From assembly GCA_963705105.1 (NCBI GenBank), contig CAVPIW010000006.1:64001-128000 (forward strand): a stretch of DNA of 64,000 nucleotides, given 5' to 3'. A program made the position numbers and the translations under genes. Below the pieces are notes generated by a model. That model worked only from the letters and a program-made list of their open reading frames with translations. It did no database searches and was not told the DNA's origin. Shown here one piece after another: positions 15,108 through 25,784 of the stretch (position 1 is its first letter; the number at the start of each line of letters is the position of its first letter). The stretch is from an uncultured Nitrospiraceae bacterium. Lineage in GTDB: Bacteria > Nitrospirota > Thermodesulfovibrionia > Thermodesulfovibrionales > Dissulfurispiraceae.

Positions 15108-17408
15108 ATGAGCAGGCTCGGCGGCGCCTGGACGCTGGCACGGTAAGAGAGGAGAGAGAGAGAGAGAGGAATCGTCGTCGCCCCTTTCCGTCGAAGGCAA
15201 TCGCAACGACCAACGCTCCTTTCTCACCTCTCTCTCTCCTTTCCCACCGAAAACTCGCGGCGCAAAAAACGCACACACAGTGAACAAGGCATGCTCGATC
15301 GTCTCGCCGCGGCAGGCGCCGGAGGGGGAGAGCCTCGCCAACGAGGTGGACCAGCTGCGGAGCCAGGTCCGTTTTTCGCTCTTTTTTTCAATGCCCGTTC
15401 TTTTTTTGTTTCGCCTTCGCTTTCGCTCTCTCTTTCTCTCTCTCTCTTTCATTTTCTCTCTCCACGAAGGGTTTGGGTTTTCTCAATGCGCACATGCAGA
15501 GATGGAGCATCTCGGTCTGATCTGGGGGGGGGAGGGGAAAGGAGAAACGGAGCTCTGAGGAGGAAGGGCGTGCTGCTCTCGCGCCTTCTCTCCGTCACGT
15601 CGGTTTTTTCTTTTTTTCTCCCAATCGATTCGACGTCGCCCTCCCCCCCCGTCGCTCTCTTCCAACACAAATCTCACCCTCACCGATAAACAAAACTCCA
15701 ACGACAGCTCGCCGCGGCCCGCGCCGACCTCGAGGCCGCCCGCCAGCGCGACGCCGAGCTCTGGGCCTACTGGCAGGAGCTCCGGGACTACGAGGACGAC
15801 ATCAGGAGGAGGCTCGACGAGGGCGAGGCCGCCTGGGCGGCGCAGCGGCGCGAGTGGGGCGCGGCGCCTGTCGAGCGCGGAGGGGGCGCGGGACGCCTCG
15901 GAGCGGGCGCGCGCCGCCGCGGCCGCGGAGGCCGCCGAGGCGCTCCGGGCCAAGGCCGAGGCCGAGGACGCCGCGGCCGACGCCAGGAGGGACGCGGCGG
16001 CCTCGGAGGCCTCGTGCGCCGCCGCGCTGGCCGAGGCGCGGCGCGGCGCCGAGAGGGAGCGGCGGCTGCGGTCCGACGCGGCCGCGGCCGCCGCTGCGCA
16101 GCGGGAGGCGGAGCAGGCGCGCGACGCGGCGGTGGCGGCCGCGGCGAGGGCGCGCGACGACGCCGCGGGCGCGCGCGTGGAGGCGGCGGCGGCGGGCGAA
16201 AAGGCGGCGGCGGCCGCCGAGACGCGCGAGGCCTCGAGGGCGGACGCGAGGGCCGCGAGGGCCGAGGCCGCCGCGGCGGCGTCGGACGCCGCGTCGTGGA
16301 GGCGGCGGGCCGAGGTGGCCGCGGCCAAGGCCGAGGCCGCGGAGGCGAGGGCCGAGGCCGCAGAGAGGCTGCTGAGGGAGGGCGGCAGGAACGACGCGCC
16401 GCGGCGCACGCGGCGGCGGCGAAGCAGGCGGCAGCGGCGGCGAGCGGAAGGAAAGCCGCCGACGACGGGGACGCCTTCCCTCCCGCCGCCGCGGGCGCTG
16501 CTGCCGCCAGATCTCGGGGAGGAGGGGCCGCGGAGGCGACCCCTGCCGCCGCCGCCGCCTCCTCCCCCTCGCGCCGCTCTGGCCGGCGCGCCCAGCCCCC
16601 GCCGCCCCGGGGGCCGGGCCTCGGTCCCGGCGCGGCCGCCGCCGCGGCGGCGCAGCAGGAGCAGCAGCCCAGGGCCCCTTCCCGCACCCCGGGCTCGGCG
16701 CTCTTCGCCACCGCCACGGCGACGGCGGGAAGGATCGGGAGGTTCCTGTCGCGGAGGCCGACCGTCGGCGGGGAAGGGGAGCAGGGCGGGGAAGGGGAGG
16801 GAGGCGGGCGAGGCGAGGGGGAGGGAGGCGGCGGGCGGCGGGGCGAGAGGCCCGGGGCCTGGGGAGCGGTCGCCCCGCTCGAGGCCGCCCTGAAGGCCGC
16901 CGTCGCAGCTCCGCTCCCTGGAAGACGACGACGAGATGTCCCCGGAGGTCGCGGCGGCGCCAAAGGCGGGCAGGCCGAAGAAGAGGGCCTCGGCGCCGAC
17001 CGCGGCCTCGAGCAAGAAGAAGGCGACGGCGGCGGCGGCGAGGAAAGCGACGGCGGCGGCAACGAGGAAGACCGTCTCCACGAGCGGCGCCGCAACTGCT
17101 GGCGCCTCTGCCCCCCAACGCGCGCGACGAAAAGGTCGACGACGACGCCTGCCTCCAAGAAGGCTGCTGCTGCCGCCCCTGCTGCGGCGGCGGCGGCGAA
17201 AAAGCCGACGGCGGCGAAGAAGCGCAGCGCTCCCTCTGCCGCCGACGACGGCGGCGGCGCCCCCCCGGCGACGGCAAAGAGGGCGCGGAGCTCAGCCGCC
17301 GCCGCTGCTGCTGCTTCCAAGAAGGAGAGGAAGCCCTCGTCCGCGCCTTTTGCTGCCGCCGCCGCTTCGCCCGTGCGGAGGTCGAGCAGGACAGCAGCCG
17401 CGCATTGA
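15108..17408 (+). CDS. Hypothetical Ala/Glu/Arg-rich coiled-coil protein with Lys/Ala-rich tail (spliced, frameshifted)
   Basis: Short exons bounded by GTAAG/GTCCG donors and ACAG acceptor (~15707); long helical EAAAR-type stretch; no recognisable domain. Confidence 0.45.
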
Positions 17409-17540
17409 AGAGAAGAAACGGACTTTTTTGGTTGTGTTTGGGAAGAGAAAAGAAAGAGAGAGGGAGAGAGGGAAAGAGAAAGTGCAACACCAGAAGAAAA
17501 AAAATGAAAGAAATGTTTCGCTCGGTTTTTTTTACATTCT

Positions 17541-18953
17541 TCAAAACGACGGCACGAAGCCCTGGTCGTCGCCTTCCTCTGCTTCCTCGCCCCCGAGGCC
17601 GCCTCCCTCCCTCTCGAGCTCCCTCCGGGCCGCCGCGGCGCCGAGCGCCACGCCAGCGCTCGCGGCCGCGGCCGCCGCCCAGAGCAGCGCGGGGCCGGGG
17701 CCCGGGCCGCCCGACGGCGAGGCCGAGGTCCTCCAGAGCGACAGGCTGGGAACGCCCCCCTCCCAGCTCGACTCGGCCCAGAGGGGCTCCCGCGGCCAGC
17801 CCAGCGAGCGCCGCCAGGCGTCCGCCGCGGCCGCGGCCGGGAGCGGGGGGGGGGAGGGGGTCGAGTCTGGTTCTCGGCCGGTCGCTTTCGGGTCTCCGGG
17901 AGCGCGTGCCAGTTGCCGTAGTTCTCGGCGCCGTCGCAACCCGAGCACTCTATGTTCAGCGGATAGGCCGCGACGAAGGCGACCGAGGCCCTGACGCAGG
18001 AAAGAGGAGGAGGGTCCGAAGGAGAGGAAGAGGAGGAGGAGAGTCGAGGAGGAGCGGGCGCAGACGGTGCCGGCGGGGCAGCTCCCGCCGCCGCCCCTCT
18101 CGCACGGGGGCTCCTTCCTCTCCTCCCCCTTCCTCCCTCGTCGCCCCCGCCAGAAACTCCCACAGGAGCCTCGCGTACGGCGTCTTGGTCAGAGGGTCGA
18201 AGGCCTGCGGGTCCGCCGAGAGCGTCGGCAGGGGGCCCGCGTGGTGCGGCGTGCCGGAGCCGGCGAGCGCCGCGGCGTGCGCCTCGGCGGCGCCGCGCTC
18301 GCCCAGCAGCTCGAGCGTCAGCCGGCAGGGGCCGCCCCCTCGCCCCCGCCCGCCGCCCCTCGCTCCGCCGCCGCTCGCTCCGCCGCCTCCTGCGAGCCCC
18401 GCCTCCCTGGCCACGAGGCAGGAGATGAGGTCGAGGACGCGCGGGAGCACTGCCTCCGCCGAGAGGAAGGGAGGAGCGGAGGAAGCGCTCGAGGAGGAGG
18501 AGGAGGGGGCGTTTGAGGGCGAGAGCGCGAGGAACTCGGCCGGGGCGCCGGCGCCGGCCGCGGCCGCCCTCGCGGCGACGGCCGCCGCGGCCGCGACGGC
18601 CCGCGGGTCCAGCCTCCTCGCGTCGTCCCACCGCGACGAGGCGTGGGGGCCTCCCAGCGAGCCCTCATGCGCCGAGAGCAGCGCGGACGCGACGTCCGGG
18701 GCGGCGGCGGCCCAGGCCCACAGCGACCCCGGGGGGGGCCGCCGGGCCCGCCGGCGGCGGCGGGAGCCGCGAGGACGACGCGCGACGGCGCCGACGGCGA
18801 CGAGGAGTTGAGCAGCAGCGCCGCGGCGGGGCCCTCCCTCGAGCCCGCGGTCGTCCCCGGGTGCGCGAACAGGAGCGGCGGCGGCGAGGGTTCCCCGGAG
18901 CCGTTCGTCGGAGGGGAGGGAGCGTCCCCGACGGCGCCGAGCTCGATGAGCCA
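17541..18953 (-). CDS. Hypothetical algal protein, 5' part cut off by the junction
   Basis: Coding-like stretches (AEAVLPRVLDLISCLVARE; DPQAFDPLTKTPYARLLWEFL) across shifting frames. Confidence 0.35.
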
Positions 18954-20765
18954 ATCCCCGTGCTCTTCATGGGCGGCATCCTGGGAAGGCTCCTCAACGA
19001 GTTCGCAATCACCATAGGCATGGCGATCCTCGTGTCGGGCGTCGTCTCCCTGAGCCTGACGCCCATGCTCTGCAGCCGCTACCTGAAGCCACCGCAGCCG
19101 GAGCGCCACGGGCGGTTTTACATGGCCCTTGAAGGGGCCTTCCAGGCGATGCTCAGGGCTTACGACGTCAGTCTCAAGGCCGTTCTGAGGCACAAGTTTG
19201 TGGTGCTGATGCTGTCGGCCCTTCTCATGGCCGTCACCGTCTATCTTTTCTGGATTATGCCGCTGGGGTTCCTGCCGAGCGAGGACACGGGCTCCATTTT
19301 CTCATTTACCGAGGCCCAGCAGGGGATCTCCTTCGAGTCCATGGTCAAGCACCAGCAGGCCCTGGCAAACATCGTCCATGACGATCCGAACGTCAGCGCC
19401 TTCATGTCGAGCGTCGGCGCCGGCGGTGCCAATATCTCGGGGAACACGGGTCGCATTTTCATGATCCTGAAGCCGCATGGGGAGAGGGAACTGAACTCCG
19501 ACCAGATCATCCAGAAGTTGCGGCCCAGGCTGTCGGAGGTGCCGGGCATCCAGATCTTCATGCAGAACCTGCCGCCCATCCGGATCGGCGGCAGGCTGAC
19601 GAAGAGCCAATACCAGTTCACGCTCCAGAGCCCCGACACGGAAGATCTGTATAAACACGCGACGGTCCTGGAGGCGAAAATGAAGGCCCTGCCGGAGCTG
19701 CAGGACGTGACGAGCGACCTCCAGGTCAAGAACCCCCAGCTGAACGTTGAGATCGACCGCGATCAGGCCTCGGCCCTTGGGGTGACGGCCCACCAGATCG
19801 AGGACGCCCTCTATACGGCCTACGGCTCCCGCCAGATCTCGACGATCTATGCGCCCAACAACCAGTACCGCGTCATCATGGAACTGGAGCCGAGGTACCA
19901 GAGGGACCCCGCGGCCCTGTCCCAGATGTACATCAGGTCGTCGGCGGGGCAGCTCATCCCTCTCTATTCCGTCGCGAAGATCACCACGGGCGTGGGGCCC
20001 ATGACGGTGAACCACCAGGGCCAGCTCCCGGCCGTCACCATCTCCTTCAATCTCAAGGAGGGGGTCTTTCTCAGCCAGGCCGTCGATGTCGTCGAGAAGC
20101 TCGCGAAGTCCACGCTTCCGGCAACGGTCAGTACGAGCTTCCAGGGCACGGCCCAGGCCTTTCAGGAATCGACGAAGGGTCTCTGGCTCCTCCTGCTCAT
20201 GGCGATCCTCGTGATCTATCTCGTCCTCGGCATTCTTTACGAGAGCTTCATCCATCCCCTGACCATCCTGTCGGGCCTGCCCTCGGCAGGGTTCGGGGCC
20301 CTCCTGACCCTCATGATATTTCACAAGGACCTGAATATCTACGCCTTCGTGGGCGTCATCATGCTCGTGGGTATTGTGAAGAAGAACGCCATAATGATGA
20401 TCGATTTCGCCCTTGACACACAGAGGAAGGGAGGGATCAGCGCTGCCGAGGCGATTTACGAGGGATGCATCATCAGGTTCAGGCCCATCATGATGACGAC
20501 CATGGCCGCCCTCATGGGCACCCTGCCCATCGCCCTCGGGTTCGGTGCGGGCGCCGATGCCCGCAGGCCCCTCGGGCTCGCCGTCGTGGGCGGTCTGCTT
20601 TTCTCCCAGGTGCTGACGCTTTACATCACACCGGTCGTGTATATCTATCTCGATGCCCTCCAGAAAAAGCTGAGGAGAAAAAAGGAGAGCACCGGGATGA
20701 AAGATCATGCAGGAAAAACGGAGGAGGATTTCCTGAATGGAAGAACAGAAACAGGACAACAATAA
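18954..20765 (+). CDS. RND efflux permease (AcrB/MdtB-C family), N-terminal part missing
   Basis: Begins mid-protein at IPVLFMGGILGRLLNEFAITI..SLSLTPMLCSR; LGILYESFIHPLTILSGLP, GIVKKNAIMMIDFA, RFRPIMMTT. The upstream part of ORF 18513 is algal sequence. Confidence 0.95.
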   Translation: MPVLFMGGILGRLLNEFAITIGMAILVSGVVSLSLTPMLCSRYLKPPQPERHGRFYMALEGAFQAMLRAYDVSLKAVLRHKFVVLMLSALLMAVTVYLFWIMPLGFLPSEDTGSIFSFTEAQQGISFESMVKHQQALANIVHDDPNVSAFMSSVGAGGANISGNTGRIFMILKPHGERELNSDQIIQKLRPRLSEVPGIQIFMQNLPPIRIGGRLTKSQYQFTLQSPDTEDLYKHATVLEAKMKALPELQDVTSDLQVKNPQLNVEIDRDQASALGVTAHQIEDALYTAYGSRQISTIYAPNNQYRVIMELEPRYQRDPAALSQMYIRSSAGQLIPLYSVAKITTGVGPMTVNHQGQLPAVTISFNLKEGVFLSQAVDVVEKLAKSTLPATVSTSFQGTAQAFQESTKGLWLLLLMAILVIYLVLGILYESFIHPLTILSGLPSAGFGALLTLMIFHKDLNIYAFVGVIMLVGIVKKNAIMMIDFALDTQRKGGISAAEAIYEGCIIRFRPIMMTTMAALMGTLPIALGFGAGADARRPLGLAVVGGLLFSQVLTLYITPVVYIYLDALQKKLRRKKESTGMKDHAGKTEEDFLNGRTETGQQ

Positions 20766-21825
20766 GCGGAAGAAAGCGGCCGTTGTCGTCTTCGCCGTCA
20801 TGACCGTCATCGGCGCCGTGACCCTCTTCTTCTATCTCCGGTACAAGGCGACGCATATCACGACGGACGACGCCTTCGTGGAGGGACACATCCATACCGT
20901 CGCCTCCAAGGTCCCGGGGACGGTGAAATCCGTGCTCGTCAGGGACAACCAGTTCGTGAAAAAGGGCGACCTCCTCGTCGAGATCGACCCTGTCGACTAT
21001 GACGTCAGGGTGAAGGAGGCCGATGCTGCGCTCCATGCAGAGAAGGCGAGACTCGGCGAGATCGAGGCGAGGGTCGAGGCGGCGCAAAGGCAAATGACGG
21101 AGCTCAGGGCGGCCGCTGAATCGGCGCGGGCGAACCACCAGCTCCAGGAGGCCCTGCTGGCGCAGGCCGAGAGGGACATGAGGCGGGCGGAAAACCTCTT
21201 TGCCAGGGAGGCGATCTCGAAGGAAAGGCACGAAAAGGCCCTCACGGATTATCAGGTCGCTTATGCACGTCTCAAAGCCTCTGCAGAGCAGCTGAAACAG
21301 GCCGAAAAGGCGATGGAGACACAAAAGGCGGTGATCAGGCAGAACGAGTCCCTGCTGCCACCCCAGCAGTCGTCGGTGAAACTGAGAGAGGCGTCCATGA
21401 CAGGCGCTCGTCTCAATTTCGGATACACACGCATCTATGCGCCTTCGGACGGCCATGTCACGAGAAAATCCGTGGAAGCGGGCAACCAGATCCAGTCGGG
21501 ACAGCCGCTCATGGCAGTCGTCCCGCTCGACGATGTCTGGGTCGTCGCGAACTACAAGGAGACGCAGATCGAGAAGGTCAAACCGGGGCAGAAGGTGCAG
21601 ATCAGGGTCGACACCTATGGCGGCAAAGAGTTCTCCGGAAAGGTCGACAGCATCATGGCGGGAACCGGCGCCGTCTTCTCGCTCTTCCCGCCGGAGAATG
21701 CGACGGGCAACTATGTCAAGGTCGTCCAGAGGATACCGCTGAAGATCGTTCTTGACAAGGACACTGACCGCGACCATGTCCTGCGTGTCGGCATGTCCGT
21801 CGTCCCGACTATCCTCATCGACTGA
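20737..21825 (+). CDS. emrA: HlyD/EmrA-family membrane fusion protein
   Basis: TTDDAFVEG, VANYKETQ, FSLFPPENATGNYVKVVQRIP. Confidence 0.9.
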   Translation: MEEQKQDNNKRKKAAVVVFAVMTVIGAVTLFFYLRYKATHITTDDAFVEGHIHTVASKVPGTVKSVLVRDNQFVKKGDLLVEIDPVDYDVRVKEADAALHAEKARLGEIEARVEAAQRQMTELRAAAESARANHQLQEALLAQAERDMRRAENLFAREAISKERHEKALTDYQVAYARLKASAEQLKQAEKAMETQKAVIRQNESLLPPQQSSVKLREASMTGARLNFGYTRIYAPSDGHVTRKSVEAGNQIQSGQPLMAVVPLDDVWVVANYKETQIEKVKPGQKVQIRVDTYGGKEFSGKVDSIMAGTGAVFSLFPPENATGNYVKVVQRIPLKIVLDKDTDRDHVLRVGMSVVPTILID

Positions 21826-23354
21826 TGAACAAGTGGCTCATCGCCTTCACGGTCATGCTGCCCACGCTCATCGAGATCGTGGACACATCGGTCGTGAACG
21901 TCTCCCTCGACCACATTCGGGGAAGCCTCTCGGCGGGCATCGACGAGTCGACATGGACGATCACCTCGTACCTCGTCTCGAACGCGATCATCATTCCCAT
22001 GACGGGCTGGCTCAGCAGGTTCTTCGGGAGAAGGCGCTATCTCATCCTCTCCATAACGGTCTTCACCATCAGCTCTCTCTTCTGCGGCTTCGCCTGGAGC
22101 CTCGAGAGCCTCGTCCTCTTCCGGGTGCTCCAGGGCATCGGCGGAGGCGCGCTCCAGCCCATCTCGCAGTCCATCCTCCTGGAGACCTTTCCGCCCCGGC
22201 AGCACGGGATGGCCATGGCTGTTTTCGGCATCGGCATCATGTTCGGCCCTATCATCGGCCCCCTCCTGGGAGGCTGGATCACCGACAACTGGTCATGGCA
22301 CTGGATCTTCTTCATTAACATCCCCATCGGCATCGTTTCCATCGTCCTGGCTTTGCTTTTCATCGTCGACCCGCCCTATATGACGCGGCAGAAGCTGAAA
22401 ATCGACTATTGGGGGCTGGCTCTTCTCGCCCTCGGCCTCGGCTGCCTCCAGATCGTTCTCGACAAGGGACAGATGGAGGACTGGTTCTCGTCGGGTTTCA
22501 TCACCTCGCTGACGATCATATCGGTCCTCGCGCTGAGCCTTTTCGTCCTCGTCGAGCTCTTTGCGGAGCATCCCGTCGTGAACCTGAGGGTCTTCAGGAA
22601 CCTCACCTTCACTTCCGGCAACGCCATCATGTTCTTCGCCTTCTTCAACCTCTTCGGGAGCATCGTTCTGCTGCCCATTTACCTCCAGAGCCTCATGGGA
22701 TACACGTCGACTCTCGCCGGGATGGTGCTCGGCCCGGGCGGATTTGCGACTCTCTTTGCGATGCCCGTGGCGGGGAGGCTGGTGACGCGAATGAACCCGA
22801 AGATCCTCCTGGCGTCGGGTATCGTCATTGCGGCCTACTCGACGTACCTCATGTCCCTCTTCAATCTGCAGGCCGATTACTCGACTGTCATCTGGCCGAG
22901 AGTGGTCCTGGGTGTCGGCATGGGGTTCCTCTTCATCCCCCTGACGACACTCACAATGTCCGGCATCAGGCGCGAAGAGATGGGCAATGCGACGGCGGTC
23001 TACAACCTGCTGCGCAACCTCGGCGGAAGCTTCGGCGTCGCCTTTGTGACGACGATGCTGACACGGCGCTCCCAGATGCACCAGACGAATCTCGTTGCGA
23101 ACCTGACGCCCTTCGATACGGCATATCAGGCTGCGTCGGAGCAGACGTCGCAGCTCATGCAGATGAAGGGACTTCCGGCTCCGCTGGCGGACCAGGCCGG
23201 CCTCGGCGTCATTTACAGGGAACTGCAGAGGCAGGCGTCGGTCCTCTCCTTCAACGATGCGTTCCTGGCGATCAGTGTCATGCTCGTCTGCATTCTCCCC
23301 CTCGTCCTGCTGATGCGCAGGGGAAGAGGGCAGGCGCCGGCAGGGATGCACTGA
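21825..23354 (+). CDS. emrB: DHA2 (EmrB/QacA) MFS drug transporter
   Basis: Many TM segments; DTSVVNVSL, WTITSYL, FRVLQGIGGG, GPLLGGWITDNWSWHWIFFINIP; TGATG overlap with emrA. Confidence 0.92.
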   Translation: MNKWLIAFTVMLPTLIEIVDTSVVNVSLDHIRGSLSAGIDESTWTITSYLVSNAIIIPMTGWLSRFFGRRRYLILSITVFTISSLFCGFAWSLESLVLFRVLQGIGGGALQPISQSILLETFPPRQHGMAMAVFGIGIMFGPIIGPLLGGWITDNWSWHWIFFINIPIGIVSIVLALLFIVDPPYMTRQKLKIDYWGLALLALGLGCLQIVLDKGQMEDWFSSGFITSLTIISVLALSLFVLVELFAEHPVVNLRVFRNLTFTSGNAIMFFAFFNLFGSIVLLPIYLQSLMGYTSTLAGMVLGPGGFATLFAMPVAGRLVTRMNPKILLASGIVIAAYSTYLMSLFNLQADYSTVIWPRVVLGVGMGFLFIPLTTLTMSGIRREEMGNATAVYNLLRNLGGSFGVAFVTTMLTRRSQMHQTNLVANLTPFDTAYQAASEQTSQLMQMKGLPAPLADQAGLGVIYRELQRQASVLSFNDAFLAISVMLVCILPLVLLMRRGRGQAPAGMH

Positions 23355-23365
23355 GCATATCGCAT

Positions 23366-23564
23366 AATTGCAAAGAAAGGCGGGGCGAAGCGCCTCAAAG
23401 CCTGCTGATAGCGAGCATGATCATTTATTATTGGATATTCAGGTTCCATCCTTTGAGTAATCGACCGTCTGCCTGACATGATCCCCATGGGAAGGCAAAG
23501 GTTTCTCAGCACCAGGACTTTTCGGCGCATACACCCCGCCTTTCCAGGGGGCTCATGCACGATA
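23366..23564 (+). repeat. ~190-bp intergenic palindromic element, copy A (arms L1+R1)
   Basis: TTGCAAAGAAAGGCGGGGCGAAGCGCCTCAAAGCC ... TTTTCGGCGCATACACCCCGCCTTTCC..TGCACGATA. Confidence 0.85.
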
Positions 23565-23642
23565 ACTCCTGTTCGAAATAGCATGTGGCGAATTCCGTAA
23601 AACGAGGACAGGGTATGGTTTCTGAAGCAAAATTCACGGTTG

Positions 23643-23845
23643 CCTTGCGCGAAAAGACGGGGCAAAACGCCTCAAAGCCTCGCTGATAGCGAGCATGATT
23701 GTTTATTATTGGTGTATCAGGAATTCATTCTTGGTGTCATCGATCGTTGGTCTGCAATGGTCTGCACGGGAAGGCAGAGGTTTCGCAGCACCGATGCTTT
23801 TCTGCGCATTCGCCCCGTCTTTCCTGAGATCTCATTGCGGTGATA
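23643..23845 (+). repeat. ~190-bp element, copy B (L1+R1), tandem with A
   Basis: AAAGACGGGG...CCCCGTCTTT compensatory stem; shares GCTGATAGCGAGCATGAT core with A. Confidence 0.85.
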
Positions 23846-23922
23846 AGGGTTTATTTTGCGAAGAAATCATACCCTGTCCTCGTGTCGGCTCAATTTGAAT
23901 ACCGATGATGATATAATTCATT

Positions 23923-24669
23923 ATGAATGAGTTGATCCTTGACGGGCTTCGTCCCGCCATCGCCGAAAAGATCGGGCCTTTCTTCCGGGAAATCCTCGCC
24001 GGACATGGTGAAATCATCCATTCCCTGCATGTTTCAGGAAGCGCCGTCACCCCCGACTTTGACGAAAAAACGTCGGACATCAATTCGGTCATTGTCCTCC
24101 AAACGATGGACCTCGCCTTCCTCGAGTATCTCGCGCCCCTTGGAAAAGGGTACCGCAAGAAGAGGATCGCTGCGCCTCTCGTCCTTGATCCGGACTACAT
24201 CAGGTCGTCCCTCGATGTCTTTCCCATCGAGTTTCACGACCTCCGGCTTATTCACAGGACGCTGTACGGGGAAGATATATTTCAGCACCTCCCTATCGAA
24301 CACCCCTATCTGCGGCTCCAGTGCGAGCGGGAAGTGAAGACCCGGCTCATCCGGCTCAGGCAGGGCTTCATTTCATCCCTCGACGACAGTGAACTCCTGA
24401 AGGACCTGCTTTCCCGCGCCGTCACGGGCTGCTTCCCCCTGTTCAGGGCACTGATCACTCTCATGGGCGGCACTCCGCCCGTGAAAAGAGACGAGGTGCT
24501 CGCCACGATCGGCAGGATGACCTCCATCGGCACCGACATCTTCGAAACGCTCGGACGCATCAGGAGAAAGGTCATCTCACCGTCACGGGATGAACTCCAC
24601 CGCCTTTTCCACACTTTCTACGGCGCGACGGGGGAACTGGGAAAGATCATCGATGGCCTGGCCCGTTAG
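23923..24669 (+). CDS. Pol-beta-like nucleotidyltransferase-fold hypothetical protein
   Basis: GSAVTPDFDEKTSDINSVIV (GS..DxN), SLDVFPIEF, LRLQCERE; overlaps the TPM gene start. Confidence 0.6.
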   Translation: MNELILDGLRPAIAEKIGPFFREILAGHGEIIHSLHVSGSAVTPDFDEKTSDINSVIVLQTMDLAFLEYLAPLGKGYRKKRIAAPLVLDPDYIRSSLDVFPIEFHDLRLIHRTLYGEDIFQHLPIEHPYLRLQCEREVKTRLIRLRQGFISSLDDSELLKDLLSRAVTGCFPLFRALITLMGGTPPVKRDEVLATIGRMTSIGTDIFETLGRIRRKVISPSRDELHRLFHTFYGATGELGKIIDGLAR

Positions 24670-25423
24670 GACCATCCTCTTTCTCGTTCTTTTCCTGCCC
24701 TCTCTGCTCCGGGCTGCGACACCCGAGCCTCCCGCTCAACCGCAGAACTACGTCGTCGACCTGGCGAACGTCATCGCAGACGACAAGGAAGCGCAGATGA
24801 ACGGTTATCTCCGGGAGCTCGAGCAGAAAACGACGGCCCAGGTCGTTGTGCTGACCGTCGAGAGCCTCGACGGCGAGCCGGTGGAGCAGTTTTCCCTGAA
24901 GATCGCCGAGAGGTGGAAGATCGGGCAGAAGGGGAAAGACAACGGCGTTCTCATCACAACGGCGGTCCGGGACAGGAAGTACCGTTTCGAAATCGGATAC
25001 GGTCTCGAGCCCATCCTGCCCGATAGTCTCGTGGGAAGCATCGGCAGGGATCATCTTGTCCCCAATTTCAGAAAAGGAGACTATTCCGGCGGCCTCTATT
25101 CAGCGACCCTTGCCGTCGTCAGGACGATTGCGGACCATGAGAAAGTGGAAATAACGGGCCTGCCTGCAATGCAGAGGGAGCCCTCCGGAAGCGGCGAAGG
25201 GGGTGGTCTTTTTGAGACAATCCTGGGAGTCGCCATCTTCCTCGTGGCCGCGTACTTTTTTATCCGCCATCCCGGCCTTTTTCTCCTCTTTCTCCTCAGC
25301 TCTTCCCGGGGGAGGGGAGGCAGCGGCTGGTCCGGGGGAGGGGGATTCGGAGGCGGCGATTCCGGCGGATTCAGCGGCGGCGGAGGCAGTTTCGGCGGCG
25401 GCGGGGCCTCGGGGGACTGGTAA
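24653..25423 (+). CDS. TPM-domain (YgcG-like) membrane protein with Gly-rich tail
   Basis: Signal peptide, VVDLANVI, WKIGQKGKDNGVL, EIGYGLE, GGFSGGGGSFGGGGASGDW. Confidence 0.9.
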   Translation: MAWPVRTILFLVLFLPSLLRAATPEPPAQPQNYVVDLANVIADDKEAQMNGYLRELEQKTTAQVVVLTVESLDGEPVEQFSLKIAERWKIGQKGKDNGVLITTAVRDRKYRFEIGYGLEPILPDSLVGSIGRDHLVPNFRKGDYSGGLYSATLAVVRTIADHEKVEITGLPAMQREPSGSGEGGGLFETILGVAIFLVAAYFFIRHPGLFLLFLLSSSRGRGGSGWSGGGGFGGGDSGGFSGGGGSFGGGGASGDW

Positions 25424-25475
25424 GAGACAGAAGGCAGAATGCAGAATTCAGAATCCAGAAGTATAGCAGACCCCC

Positions 25476-25663
25476 GGTTGCATGAAAGGCGGGACAAAGC
25501 ACTCTGAAAAATAGTGTCAGTGACAGTGTGAGTGTCAGCAAAAGGTTCACTTTTCTTCAGACGTTTGCGTCAAATGGTCTTTACGGGAAGGCAAAGGTTT
25601 CGCAGCACCAAGGCTTTTCGGCATCTTCGCCCCGCCTTTCCGGAGGATGTATGCGTGGCAATA
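25476..25663 (+). repeat. ~190-bp element, copy C (L2+R1)
   Basis: GTTGCATGAAAGGCGGGACAAAGCACTCTGAAAAATAGTGTCAGTGACAGTGTGAGTGTCAG ... GGAAGGCAAAGGTTTCGCAGCACCAAGGCTTTTCGG..CCCCGCCTTTCC. Confidence 0.85.
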
Positions 25664-25686
25664 TAAACGGTACACAGAGAAGGCAG

Positions 25687-25770
25687 GTAACCCGGAACTC
25701 GCAACCCGTGACCCGTAACCCGGAACTCGTCACGCGTAACCCGTAAATCGCAACTCGCAACTCGTAACCC
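25687..25770 (+). repeat. Degenerate 7-bp tandem repeat (GTAACCC/GCAACTC) x12
   Basis: Twelve contiguous heptamers ending right before the lemA RBS (AAAGGAGG). Confidence 0.9.
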
Positions 25771-25784
25771 GAAAGGAGGTCTTT

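Noticed and set aside
18513..20765. 750-aa ORF as a novel RND pump with an Arg-rich N-terminus
   Set aside because: The first ~147 codons are algal sequence read through the junction; the ORF is a chimera.
25687..25770. Possible CRISPR array
   Set aside because: Contiguous degenerate 7-mers with no unique spacers and no cas genes in the window.
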